Source: Candidatus Poribacteria bacterium
GTDB lineage: Bacteria; Poribacteria; WGA-4E; WGA-3G
Length of the DNA: 64,000 nt
Direction: 5' to 3'
Assembly: GCA_965242965.1 (NCBI GenBank)
Contig: OZ251518.1
Location: 1,728,001 to 1,792,000, forward strand
The notes under the pieces were generated by a model that worked only from the letters and a program-made list of their open reading frames with translations, was not told the origin of the DNA and made no database searches. This document shows, in pieces, positions 40,501 through 48,787 of this stretch (position 1 is the first letter of the stretch; every line of letters starts with the position of its first letter). The position numbers and the translations under genes are program-made.

Positions 40501-43500
40501 ATAGTTGTTGATACACACGGGAAGGTGACAACGCGACAGCCGCGTCGGCGCGTATTGATAGGTATCTTATTCGGAAGCAACTTCGCGCCGTAATTCCCTA
40601 AATCGGGCGCGTAGACGATGTCGCCAGAATCCGCATCCAAAATGTATGCCTCCACCTCTTGCACACCGCCGAGTCTGCGCGTGGCTCTGCCTTCCATGGC
40701 GAGCCCCGCCATTTCAAAGTTGCCTTTGTTATCTCCCATGACAAACAGATCGCCGCGCACCCCCATCATCGTCTTATTCTTGCGGCGCAGCGTCAAAATA
40801 GGATAGGGGACAGGCTTATTCGGCAGTGCCGATTCGCGCGCGTCAAACTCAACGACATCGCCGAAGAGGTTGCAATAAAAATTGCCGACGCGGGCCGCCG
40901 TGGGCATCTCCTCATCTCGCAGCGCTTGGAGGAGAAGCGATGCCAGCGTCTGTGCCTGTTGGTGAAGGTTGCCGCCCTCACGCAAATCCACTCTATCAAT
41001 GGTATCCAACGGGGTATCAGTTAAGACGCGCGCGTCCTCAATCGTGGCGAACGCGATGCCGGTTTTTCCGACAAGCGTGGCGACTTCACTGTCAAACGCA
41101 ATCTTGCCCGGAATGTAGGTTTTCCACGTTTTCCCGCCGCTAGCAGAAATGGCGTTGACGAAGTTCGACGCGCCGCCGAGCCCCGCGATGCCGATAAGGG
41201 TTTTGATGTCATCAATCTCCTCCTCGGTGAAAGTATCCGGGTCTTCGTGACGGAGCCGCAACATCGCGTCCAGCTGCTCGCGGGTGCGGATATTATTCTT
41301 GCGGTTTTTCTTCGCCGTGCGGACATCGTTTCGGATGAACCGTTCAACTTCCTTCCGGACGTAGTCCATATCCTTCAGCATATCCTCAGAGGGTTCACCG
41401 CGGTTTCGCCACTGCTCAAACTGCATTTTCATCAGCCGACTTACGCCGCTGAGCCCTGTCAGTTTGCCGTAATGAGAGCTGAGCAGCGTCTCCAGCGTTT
41501 TGCCTTCCAGCGCGGCTTTATCGGAGATGCCGCTTGCGACACCCCACTGCCGCGCCATGACTGCCTGACGGATCTGGTCATCGCTCCACTGCCACAACTT
41601 CCGCACACGCACGCCGAAATCGGCATCCTCGGCGTAAGAAGCAAGTTTATTACCGATGCTGGCAAATTCGCGGCGTAACACAAACTCCGGCTGCTGATCA
41701 TAGAACCAGCCTTTATTAAATACGCCGAATTGATTGGACTGTGAAGACAAGTCGATGCTGACATAGAGGGAGGTATAGTAGCGGTTAAAAAGGTCCTGCA
41801 GCGCAATCGCCGAATCAATTTGCGCAAGTTTTCGGCTATACTCGTCCGCGTCAATCCGTATCATCTTTTCAACACGGCTTTGGATGTTGCGGAAACGTGC
41901 GTTCCGGAGAGTCAATAGGTTATCGCGCAGTAGCACCTTCGTCTCCTCATCAAGATCGGTGTTTAAGGTAGGGAGCCGCTCGATGAGGTTATCAAGCGCG
42001 ACGATATCCGACGCTGCACGCCGTTTGACGATTGCCAAGAGTTTTTCCTCTGTCATGTGCGCGGCAACGATGGAACGCATCCGAAGGCCCTCTGCCATCT
42101 CATCGGCGGAAAGGTAATTTTTGAGGATGAGTTGTTCCTCGTCCAGATACCCCCTGTCCAACGTGGCGTGCGTCGCCAGCAGGTGTTGGATGCGGGTTCG
42201 TTCCAAGCGCGCGTTCCGCAGCGCGATTTCGAAGATACTCTGCTTATCCTTGAGCAAATCAGCGATGAGGATGGCAGAATCGCTCGTGTCATCGGATTCG
42301 GTTAACCGCTGTTTGAGTTGCGCATCAATGGTGCTCAGCCGTTCAAGTCCTGCTGCCGATAGATACTGCCCATCGTAAACCACGCTGGTGGCGATTTGCG
42401 CCATGCCGATATCCTTAAGTTTTCGGATGCTCGTCTTGATTTCGTTTTCAACCTGCTCGCTGTCCCTGATTTGGGACAAGACCTTTTGCAGGAGTTCCTT
42501 TTCCCGCTGAATGGCTGTTCCGCGCGATGCGTTTGCGTCGCCGAGGACTTTCCGTGCATCTTTGACGCGGTTGAGTGCGTGAAGATCGAGATGCCGGTCC
42601 AGAATTTTTTCCGGTGTCCACATCAGTGCGAATTTCCGCTTGTCGCTCATCTCCCAGTCGGCAAGCGTCTGGTTCAGCATCTCAATTTCTGCCGTCAATT
42701 CTGGCGGCAAGTCAGCCGGCACAGGGATATCCCATCCATCTTCCCGTTCTTCAGGGAGAAGATAAGCGTCATTCGGGTGCGCGCTGTATCGGGATTGCGT
42801 GGCGTTTTCAACGCTGCTGATGAGTTTATCAACTGCCCAAGTATCCAAGCGTGCTATCGGCAGTGCCAACGTTTCAATGAGTTCTCGTTGCGCGACGCGG
42901 CTCGTATCTAACGCCACCGTGCGCACTTGTGCTAAGCGTTGGACGATGTCGCGGAGGAAGTGCGTCGTCTGTAAAGCCTCCTTCTTGGAACGCGCGAGGT
43001 TGGCCAACAGCAGACTTTTCTCCTCATCGGTGAACCCTTGCTTCTCGCGTTTTCTATTCCGGTCCGCCTGTTTTTTCTGGCGTTCAGAGAAATCGCGCTG
43101 TTTCGTATTCAAGTCTTCGATTTGCGAGCGCGTTTCTGCGAGGCCGTCTAGGGTTATCGCGAGGGAATCCAGGTCAGATTTGATAGCGTGGATACCGAAA
43201 AAGAAGTCGCCGGGCAAATCAACAAGCACGCTTCTGTCAATAGAAAGCAGCAATCGCCTGCCGAGTTCCTCGAATTCAATAATATCGGTAGAGAGCCCGC
43301 GGCGGAGTCCGTGCATCGTCGGCGTGCCGGGGGAATCGGTGTCTGAACCGACGATGTCCTGTCCGATACCTTCCATAAAGGCGCGCATGCCGGCGAGCCC
43401 CTGGAAATGTGCATCCACAGCAACAAAAAGGACAGAGCGGCCCGGACGGTATTCCGGTTGACTGAAGAGGCGTGCGAGTTCCATCAACACAGCGATACCG

Positions 43501-44915
43501 CACGTTGGATCTGCCCCGGGAGCCAGTGCCGGCACGACAGACATTGAATCGTAATAAGCAGTCAACACGACGAGTTCGTCGCGGAGCGTCGGATCACCGC
43601 CTTCCAAAAAGCCGCGGATATTCTGTCCGATGCCGCGCTCCCACGTCATCTTTCCTCTCATACGAACGTTCACATCGATACCGGTATCTGTCTCTAACAT
43701 TTCCCTTAACGCCGCGCCGTCCGCCTTGGATATCCAGAAGCGTGGGATGTTTGCGGGGACGGTGCCGAATTTATTCTCCGCCTCGCCACGAATCGTGGTT
43801 TCCGGTTCAACGAAGATAACGGCAGTGCCGCCGAGCATCGCGGCGTTGATGTAGCGGGTGCTAGAATTGAAATCGAGCAGGACTATCGCGCCTTTCGGAA
43901 TGAAGATGTGTGCTTCACTCGCGGCGACAAATTCGCCGGATTCGTCAATTTCGCCGTCCCTATTGTTATCAATGCCATCTGTTTCATCGCCGGGGATTTC
44001 ATCGGTTGCGCCATCGGCATCATTGTCAATACCGTCGGTTGCCCATCCGCGGATTTCGGATAAGAGCGGAATCTCGCCGTATTCGTCCACGGTGCCATCT
44101 TCGTCATTGTCAATCCCATCAGATGCCTTTTGGAGGTGTCCGTTGAGCACATCGTCGGTGATGCTTGCTTCGGTGATGCGGTTGCGCCGGGCAAGGGAGG
44201 TGAGGGTATCGCCATCCTGCAGTTCATACCAATAGCCGCCGATGTTCGTGCCGTTGAAGTCGGCGAGCTCCGCATCGTCGCCGTAAAGGAGCGGACCGGA
44301 CAACCCACCTGTCGGAATAAAGACGGTGCTGCCTTCAACAACAGGGGTTGCGATGAATTTGTTCTTTTCATGCGCGCGGATAATATCGGCGGAGACCTGG
44401 TAGCTATCAGCGATTTCCTGAAGCGTTTCGCCGGGGAGAACGGTGTGTTTAATGCCATCTGCCAGCAGCGAGGTGCGCACGAGGTTGGGCCAAAACGGTG
44501 TCAGTTTAAAGGTGTGCAGCACGGTCCCCTCAGCGGAAAGCACCTCAATGACACTACCCCCCCGGGCGTTCGGGAAAGTCCCGTGGTCGACTGGGACAGT
44601 GACGGTGAACTCACGACTCTCTACGTTTTGCAAACCGATTTCAACGAACCGGTCGAAGATGTATTTGCTGCCGCTCGCGGCTTGCGGGTAGCCGGTGACG
44701 CGACTCTCTAGGCTGGATAGCCGCGCGATGTCCTTCCGGAGGTTGCCGATGGACAAATCGTCTCGGATTTGAATAGCCGCGGTTTTCATCCCTACGGCTG
44801 TCTCTGCCTCTTCAACAATTTGCTGTGCATTGACACGTTCAAACGGCGTGGCAACGAAGCAAAGGCCGAGGCAGAATAGCAGAAGCAGTATCTGCACGTT
44901 ATAGCTGCGTTTCAT
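37584..44915 (-). CDS. Giant multidomain ABC permease: signal peptide, 2 LysM, PA-like region, DGIDND repeats, degenerate M28 peptidase-like domain, coiled-coil inserts, TM bundle, FtsX/MacB-type C-terminus
   Basis: SRVTGYP, HTVLPGETLQEIA, YELQDGDTLTSLA, AYYDS...APGA, SNMRKRKGRT, VYERVREISIYSSVGL, YPALKASR. Confidence 0.85.
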   Translation of the reverse strand: MKRSYNVQILLLLFCLGLCFVATPFERVNAQQIVEEAETAVGMKTAAIQIRDDLSIGNLRKDIARLSSLESRVTGYPQAASGSKYIFDRFVEIGLQNVESREFTVTVPVDHGTFPNARGGSVIEVLSAEGTVLHTFKLTPFWPNLVRTSLLADGIKHTVLPGETLQEIADSYQVSADIIRAHEKNKFIATPVVEGSTVFIPTGGLSGPLLYGDDAELADFNGTNIGGYWYELQDGDTLTSLARRNRITEASITDDVLNGHLQKASDGIDNDEDGTVDEYGEIPLLSEIRGWATDGIDNDADGATDEIPGDETDGIDNNRDGEIDESGEFVAASEAHIFIPKGAIVLLDFNSSTRYINAAMLGGTAVIFVEPETTIRGEAENKFGTVPANIPRFWISKADGAALREMLETDTGIDVNVRMRGKMTWERGIGQNIRGFLEGGDPTLRDELVVLTAYYDSMSVVPALAPGADPTCGIAVLMELARLFSQPEYRPGRSVLFVAVDAHFQGLAGMRAFMEGIGQDIVGSDTDSPGTPTMHGLRRGLSTDIIEFEELGRRLLLSIDRSVLVDLPGDFFFGIHAIKSDLDSLAITLDGLAETRSQIEDLNTKQRDFSERQKKQADRNRKREKQGFTDEEKSLLLANLARSKKEALQTTHFLRDIVQRLAQVRTVALDTSRVAQRELIETLALPIARLDTWAVDKLISSVENATQSRYSAHPNDAYLLPEEREDGWDIPVPADLPPELTAEIEMLNQTLADWEMSDKRKFALMWTPEKILDRHLDLHALNRVKDARKVLGDANASRGTAIQREKELLQKVLSQIRDSEQVENEIKTSIRKLKDIGMAQIATSVVYDGQYLSAAGLERLSTIDAQLKQRLTESDDTSDSAILIADLLKDKQSIFEIALRNARLERTRIQHLLATHATLDRGYLDEEQLILKNYLSADEMAEGLRMRSIVAAHMTEEKLLAIVKRRAASDIVALDNLIERLPTLNTDLDEETKVLLRDNLLTLRNARFRNIQSRVEKMIRIDADEYSRKLAQIDSAIALQDLFNRYYTSLYVSIDLSSQSNQFGVFNKGWFYDQQPEFVLRREFASIGNKLASYAEDADFGVRVRKLWQWSDDQIRQAVMARQWGVASGISDKAALEGKTLETLLSSHYGKLTGLSGVSRLMKMQFEQWRNRGEPSEDMLKDMDYVRKEVERFIRNDVRTAKKNRKNNIRTREQLDAMLRLRHEDPDTFTEEEIDDIKTLIGIAGLGGASNFVNAISASGGKTWKTYIPGKIAFDSEVATLVGKTGIAFATIEDARVLTDTPLDTIDRVDLREGGNLHQQAQTLASLLLQALRDEEMPTAARVGNFYCNLFGDVVEFDARESALPNKPVPYPILTLRRKNKTMMGVRGDLFVMGDNKGNFEMAGLAMEGRATRRLGGVQEVEAYILDADSGDIVYAPDLGNYGAKLLPNKIPINTRRRGCRVVTFPCVSTTIYDLVDQRYLRTLRELEVYDALTDSPPEKFGMSKPWQQEGVSAAEPIALVYSEPETRIKVGMAYGQIGKRLLLIKATKSGMKNPTLYTGEGFVVRENGQIRLTPYVVVRDMWWLDENRSRLYKRFGISSDRLDKLHQFANEYLDRAETELLQNDYQQALKLARAAWGYESRAYPDVKQTGNDVVNGVMFYLALLMPFAYFMERLIFGFPNIHKQILGAFGIFLLVFFFLSQVHPAFQITTTPVIILIAFVVLALTVIVISIIVRKFEEQLEKIRQEGSNVYKADVGRLSASAAAFSLGISNMRKRKGRTILTCCTLVILTFTVISFTSVRTFMHPNRTSLPQVTPRYTGLLIRDQYWRPLEEPVLTSVLNDMQKTQITLDALERLLQRKSELLAKQGQQPIDTAAALASLEQDGFVEKVDEEPVLTVQNVVAPRAWYQSSGTGDQSFVQLTRTQNPSDPVPPTHPLTGEALTFAANMLVGMNEQEPGVSGIDRYLQYGKWFEPGDSDAWPTEWPYAIVLPKGMAELLKITESDMGKATVSVYGADFTVVGVLGIGFKDLTDNDGEELTPVDYQLMQQQRSRGATGDETLEGELQKYLHLTPDSVAILPYEVVMNQGGTLRSVAVNMEPRADDPQLLGAIDKLDLIMAPLMNRIALDFFVGRDKDTYLYSSIGMTSFSGMGNLFVPILIAALIVLNTMLGAVYERVREISIYSSVGLAPVHIAFLFLAEACVYAIVGAVLGYLMGQAIATTLVNFGWLAGLTLNYSSMSTVVATIVVMVVVLLSTLYPALKASRMAVPDIERKWKLPEPEGDVWHFNLPFTVLEEEALGLNVFMRDYFEAHADESASDFYTDQVAFSEADEESYQIGMMVWLAPYDLGVSQSIKFVTSPVGGEEEDLYKITLEVHRESGEIASWKRVNRRFLNLLRKQLLIWRTFSVDIRAEFHERGRTENAVPDEEEAGEAPRLEPAVTSAG

Positions 44916-45047
44916 AAGGTTCTCCTTTCAGCACGACAGGTGCCATCTTTTTCAGGCGACGCAAAACCGCCGCGTTTCCCCTATTTCTGGTGGCACAATG
45001 TTTGTATTTCGGGTTTTTATTTCGGCGTTTTCGGTGCATTTAAACGT

Positions 45048-45076
45048 ATTATAGCAAAATTGCAACTTTTTGTCAA
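45048..45076 (-). promoter_or_regulatory. Perfect-consensus sigma70 promoter for the giant permease operon
   Basis: TTGACA-17 bp-TATAAT with extended TG on the minus strand. Confidence 0.8.
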
Positions 45077-45090
45077 CATTAAATTTGCAT

Positions 45091-45557
45091 TTAATCGAGA
45101 ATGTTTCATAAATTCCCGTAGGAGAGACTTCCTAGTCTTGATGCAATAGGACGGTGCGCCTACCGGGGCCGCGGCGGCAGAAGGTCTCCCCTTCATCGTA
45201 GGGCGAGGGCCTGTCCCTCGCCGTGCGTTTGGCTGTCAGACCTCCTCACCTCTGTAGGTCAGGATCGCCTGATCCTGACCTGTTTGTGATCAGGCGATCA
45301 CAAACTACAGAGGTGGAAACACACATCGTGACGATGGAGATCGCGGGGGACAGGCCCCCGCGCTACGGTGAAAAAAAACGCCACCCTGTCACCGCAGGGC
45401 GAGGGCCTGTCCCTCGCCATCGTCCGCGCAATCTAACGCTCGCGGGGGCCTGTCCCGCGCTACGGGAACATCGAGACCAGGAGGTCTCTCCTACCGGAAA
45501 TCGAGCCCCGAGGTCTCTCCTACTGAACACATCGAAATATGAAACACCCTCATTTAA
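45091..45557. mobile_element. MITE-like REP cassette
   Basis: ttaatcgagaatgtttcata ... tatgaaacaccctcatttaa. Confidence 0.72.
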
Positions 45558-45593
45558 TCAATCAGGAAGGCCGCAAATGCATCATTTTCCTTG

Positions 45594-46712
45594 CTACAAT
45601 TCCGGCACGAGGCACACTTTGCCGAAATTTTGGCGGTTTTCCAACAACGTATGCGCTTCGCTGGCACGCCGCAACGGCAGAACACTGTCAATAATCGGTT
45701 CCAACTTTCCCTTTCCGGCGAGATGGATGAGTTTGCGGAGTTCTGCGCGAGTGCCGAGCGCGGAACCCATCAACGTCAATTCTTTCTGATACATCTTTCG
45801 GATGTCAATCTCGCCGATGTTGCCTGTCGTCACACCGCAGGAGACAAGCCGTCCGTTTTTGGCGAGACTGGCGATGCTCTGTCCCCAGGTCGCCGCACCG
45901 ACATGTTCTAAAACCACGTCAACGCCGCGGCCATCTGTCTCTTCTAGCACCGCTTCCGAGAAATCTCTCTCTGTGTAATGGATCACGACATCTGCGCCGA
46001 GTTCGCGTGCGCGCGCGCATTTTTCCGTGGTGCTTGCCGTGGCGAAAATCCGCGCGCCGGCCAGTTTCGCAATCTGCAATCCCGCGCTACCGACGCTGCC
46101 ACCGGCACCGAGGATTAAGATGTCTTCGCCGGGACGAAGCTGCGCGCGCGTCATCAGCATGTGCCACGCCGTTAAGTAGGCGATGGGCATCGCAGCGGCG
46201 TTGACAAACGACAACGAATCGGGTATCGGAATCGCGTTTTGCGCCGGTGCTTTGACATATTCCGCGTATCCGCCGTTTGTCTGGAAACCGATGAGTTGTT
46301 GCGTCGCGCATAAATTTTCGGCACCGCGATGGCAATCGCTACAAACTTCGCACGGAATGCAAGGCGCGAGGACAACCCGTTCGCCTACAGTAGGCGAGAC
46401 CTCCTGGTCTCGATGCAATATCCCGGTAGGCGAGACCTCCCGGTCTCGATTTCTTCCGGTAGGCGAGCCCTCCCGGTCTTGATGCTCAACGACGACACCT
46501 GCGATATCCGAGCCGAGAATATGCGGCGTATCGCCACGGCGAAGTTTCTCAGCGATTTCGGGACGGTTACGGCGTGCATGGATATCCAGATAATTCACGG
46601 CGCATGCCTCTACCTTCACGAGGACATCGGTTGCGTCTAGCGGCGGTTTGGGGACATCTGTCCAGCGCAACACCTCGGGGCCGCCTTGTTCTGAGAAGAC
46701 AACTGCTTTCAT
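45594..46712 (-). CDS. Zinc-binding MDR / quinone oxidoreductase-like dehydrogenase with in-frame REP insertion
   Basis: VNYLD, ILGSDIAG, CxxCxxC..C zinc loop, GGYAEY, GAGGSVG, FGKVCL. Confidence 0.87.
   Translation of the reverse strand: MKAVVFSEQGGPEVLRWTDVPKPPLDATDVLVKVEACAVNYLDIHARRNRPEIAEKLRRGDTPHILGSDIAGVVVEHQDREGSPTGRNRDREVSPTGILHRDQEVSPTVGERVVLAPCIPCEVCSDCHRGAENLCATQQLIGFQTNGGYAEYVKAPAQNAIPIPDSLSFVNAAAMPIAYLTAWHMLMTRAQLRPGEDILILGAGGSVGSAGLQIAKLAGARIFATASTTEKCARARELGADVVIHYTERDFSEAVLEETDGRGVDVVLEHVGAATWGQSIASLAKNGRLVSCGVTTGNIGEIDIRKMYQKELTLMGSALGTRAELRKLIHLAGKGKLEPIIDSVLPLRRASEAHTLLENRQNFGKVCLVPEL
46390..46484. repeat. Three in-frame REP copies inside CDS
   Basis: GTAGGCGAGACCTCC(T/C)GGTCTCGAT-type units at 46390, 46426 and 46459. 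Confidence 0.92.
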
Positions 46713-46752
46713 ATTCTTTCGTCCTTTGCACCGGTAGGAGGGCCCTCTTGGC

Positions 46753-47061
46753 ATGGCGAGGGACAGGCCCTCGCCCTACGATGAAGGGGTCGTTTTTTAT
46801 CGTAGCGCGGGGGCCTGTCCCCCGCGATCGTTGCATGGCGAGGGACAGGCCCTCGCCCTACGATGAAGGGAATCGTTTTTTCCCGTAGCGCGGGGGCCCT
46901 CGGATGCCATCCGCGCATCCGAGCGGGTTTCCCCCGCGATCGTTGCATGGCGAGGGACAGGCCCTCGCCCTACGATGAAGGGAGGCGGCCTTGACATCCG
47001 TAGCGCGGGGGCCTGTCCCCCGCGAGCGTTGCATGGCGAGGGACAGGCCCTCGCCCTACGA
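46753..47061. repeat. Tandem REP doublet array
   Basis: Alternating GGCGAGGGACAGGCCCTCGCCCTAC and GTAGCGCGGGGGCCTGTCCCCCGCG units. Confidence 0.9.
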
Positions 47062-47073
47062 CTGCGGCCTCAT

Positions 47074-47883
47074 TTAACCGTAAGCACCGTGATTAAGAAA
47101 CCCTAGCAACCGACGCAACCGGGGATTCGCATCCTTGTAAACAGACATCGGCATCGAATAGTTCATAAACGGATAATACTTGTGCCCCACGAGACGGCGC
47201 GCATACGTAACCTGCGTGATATAGCGCGTCCGCTGACTCTGATTCGGACCGCCGCGATGCCAGACCTGGTTGTTGAACATCACCACGCTACCCGCTTTGC
47301 CGAGGTTATACCGGATCTTGTCGGCCCATTCCGATTCTTCCAACGCTTTCGGCGGCGACGCGCCGACGAGATGTGAGCCCGGAATCACCTCTGTCCCTCC
47401 GTGTTCAACTTCGGTGACATCGGTGAGGTAATAATTCGCCGTGAACAGCAGGACAGGCAGGCGCACGTTCGTCGGCGGTTTCCCATCAGTCACGATGTAA
47501 TGTGGGGCATCGTCTTGGTGCCACGTCGTAATCCCGCCGCCGGGGTAAGTCTGGAACGAATTGTTATGGATAACGTGGCAATTTTCGGCGACGAGTGCTT
47601 CCGCAAAGGTGACGATGGGCTCCATGTCAAACAGTCGGCGATTCGCCTCGCTGTGCTCAAACATCCGATGGCTCAGGTGCATGCGTCCACCGGGGTTGCC
47701 GCTGTTTAAGCCGTTAGGATTGTTTTCAAGGGCCCATTCCAGATCTTGGCGAAGTTGCGCGCACCAATCGGGTGGCAAAACGTCCTGCAGGAAGAGGAAG
47801 CCTTGCCGATGGAAAGTCTCCACCCATTCCTGAATTTGCGCGTCCTTGACAGTTTGATGTGCCAAGTAAGTTGTTTGTGCCAT
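47074..47883 (-). CDS. Phytanoyl-CoA dioxygenase (PhyH) family 2OG-Fe(II) oxygenase
   Basis: WHQD, GGTEVIPGSH, WHRGG.N.S..R. Confidence 0.9.
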   Translation of the reverse strand: MAQTTYLAHQTVKDAQIQEWVETFHRQGFLFLQDVLPPDWCAQLRQDLEWALENNPNGLNSGNPGGRMHLSHRMFEHSEANRRLFDMEPIVTFAEALVAENCHVIHNNSFQTYPGGGITTWHQDDAPHYIVTDGKPPTNVRLPVLLFTANYYLTDVTEVEHGGTEVIPGSHLVGASPPKALEESEWADKIRYNLGKAGSVVMFNNQVWHRGGPNQSQRTRYITQVTYARRLVGHKYYPFMNYSMPMSVYKDANPRLRRLLGFLNHGAYG

Positions 47884-47945
47884 GTTGTTTCGTCCTTGTC
47901 TGAATCAGGATTTGTAAGATGAGATGATTTAAAAAGCCTCAAATT

Positions 47946-48124
47946 CGCGGGGGACAGGCCCCCGCGCTACGGTAGGAGAGACCTCCCAGTCTCGATGCAT
48001 GCCTAGGACAGGCCCCCGCGCTGCGAGGACAGCAGCACTCGCGGGGGACAGGCCCCCGCGCTACGGTAGGCGAGACCTCCCGGTCTCGATGCACCACCGT
48101 AGGAGAGACCTCCCGGTCTCGATG
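47946..48124. repeat. REP cluster
   Basis: Hairpin repeats seen directly. Confidence 0.88.
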
Positions 48125-48141
48125 CCTCCCTAGGACTCCGA

Positions 48142-48480
48142 TTAGCCGCCCATTGCTGCAGCGACGATGATGCCGAGTGCAATTAAGACCCCGGCCACGG
48201 CGACACCCGCAGCGGTGTTGTTTTCCTCGGCGATTTGGCGGTTCAAATCGTAAGGTGTAGCCCAATCGAAAACTTTGTAGCCTATCATCAGCACGATCAA
48301 GCCGACGACGCTGAAGACGACTCCCTCAATGATGAGTCCCGCGAGGACTTTGAAGTTAATCATCGGTCCCTCTTCCGGCACGGCGGCATTTTGGGCATGC
48401 GCATGCGTCCCCAAAAGCGTCACCGCAACGAGCGAGACGATGACGAGACAGAACGTAGTTGATACAATTTTCTTAGCCAT
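48142..48480 (-). CDS. DUF350 membrane protein
   Basis: FDWATPYDLNRQIAEENNTAAG followed by a TM helix. Confidence 0.85.
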   Translation of the reverse strand: MAKKIVSTTFCLVIVSLVAVTLLGTHAHAQNAAVPEEGPMINFKVLAGLIIEGVVFSVVGLIVLMIGYKVFDWATPYDLNRQIAEENNTAAGVAVAGVLIALGIIVAAAMGG

Positions 48481-48510
48481 TTCGTTTTCTCCTATGTTGA
48501 TTACTGTCCC

Positions 48511-48775
48511 CGTAGGCGAGACCTCCCGGTCTCGATTTCTGACAGGCCCCCGCGCTACGGTATTTGATTACGATTGACAGTCGCGGGGGAAACCCGCTCG
48601 GATGCGCGTATGGCATCCGAGGGCCCCCGCGCTACGGTGTTTGAGACGATTGACATCGCGGGGACAGGCCCCCGCGCTACGGTGTTTGAGACGATTGACA
48701 TCGCGGGGGACAGGCCCCCGCGCTACGGTGTTTGAGACGATTGATACTCGCGGGGGACAGGCCCCCGCGCTACGA
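48511..48775. repeat. REP tandem array
   Basis: (TCGCGGGG)GACAGGCCCCCGCGCTACGGTGTTTGAGACGATTGA repeated. Confidence 0.9.
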
Positions 48776-48787
48776 TGTCGTGACGGT

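Noticed and set aside
46753-48775. Tandem repeats resembling CRISPR arrays
   Set aside because: Spacers are repeated or near-identical, orientation alternates, the same units are scattered across the window, and there are no cas genes; these are REPs
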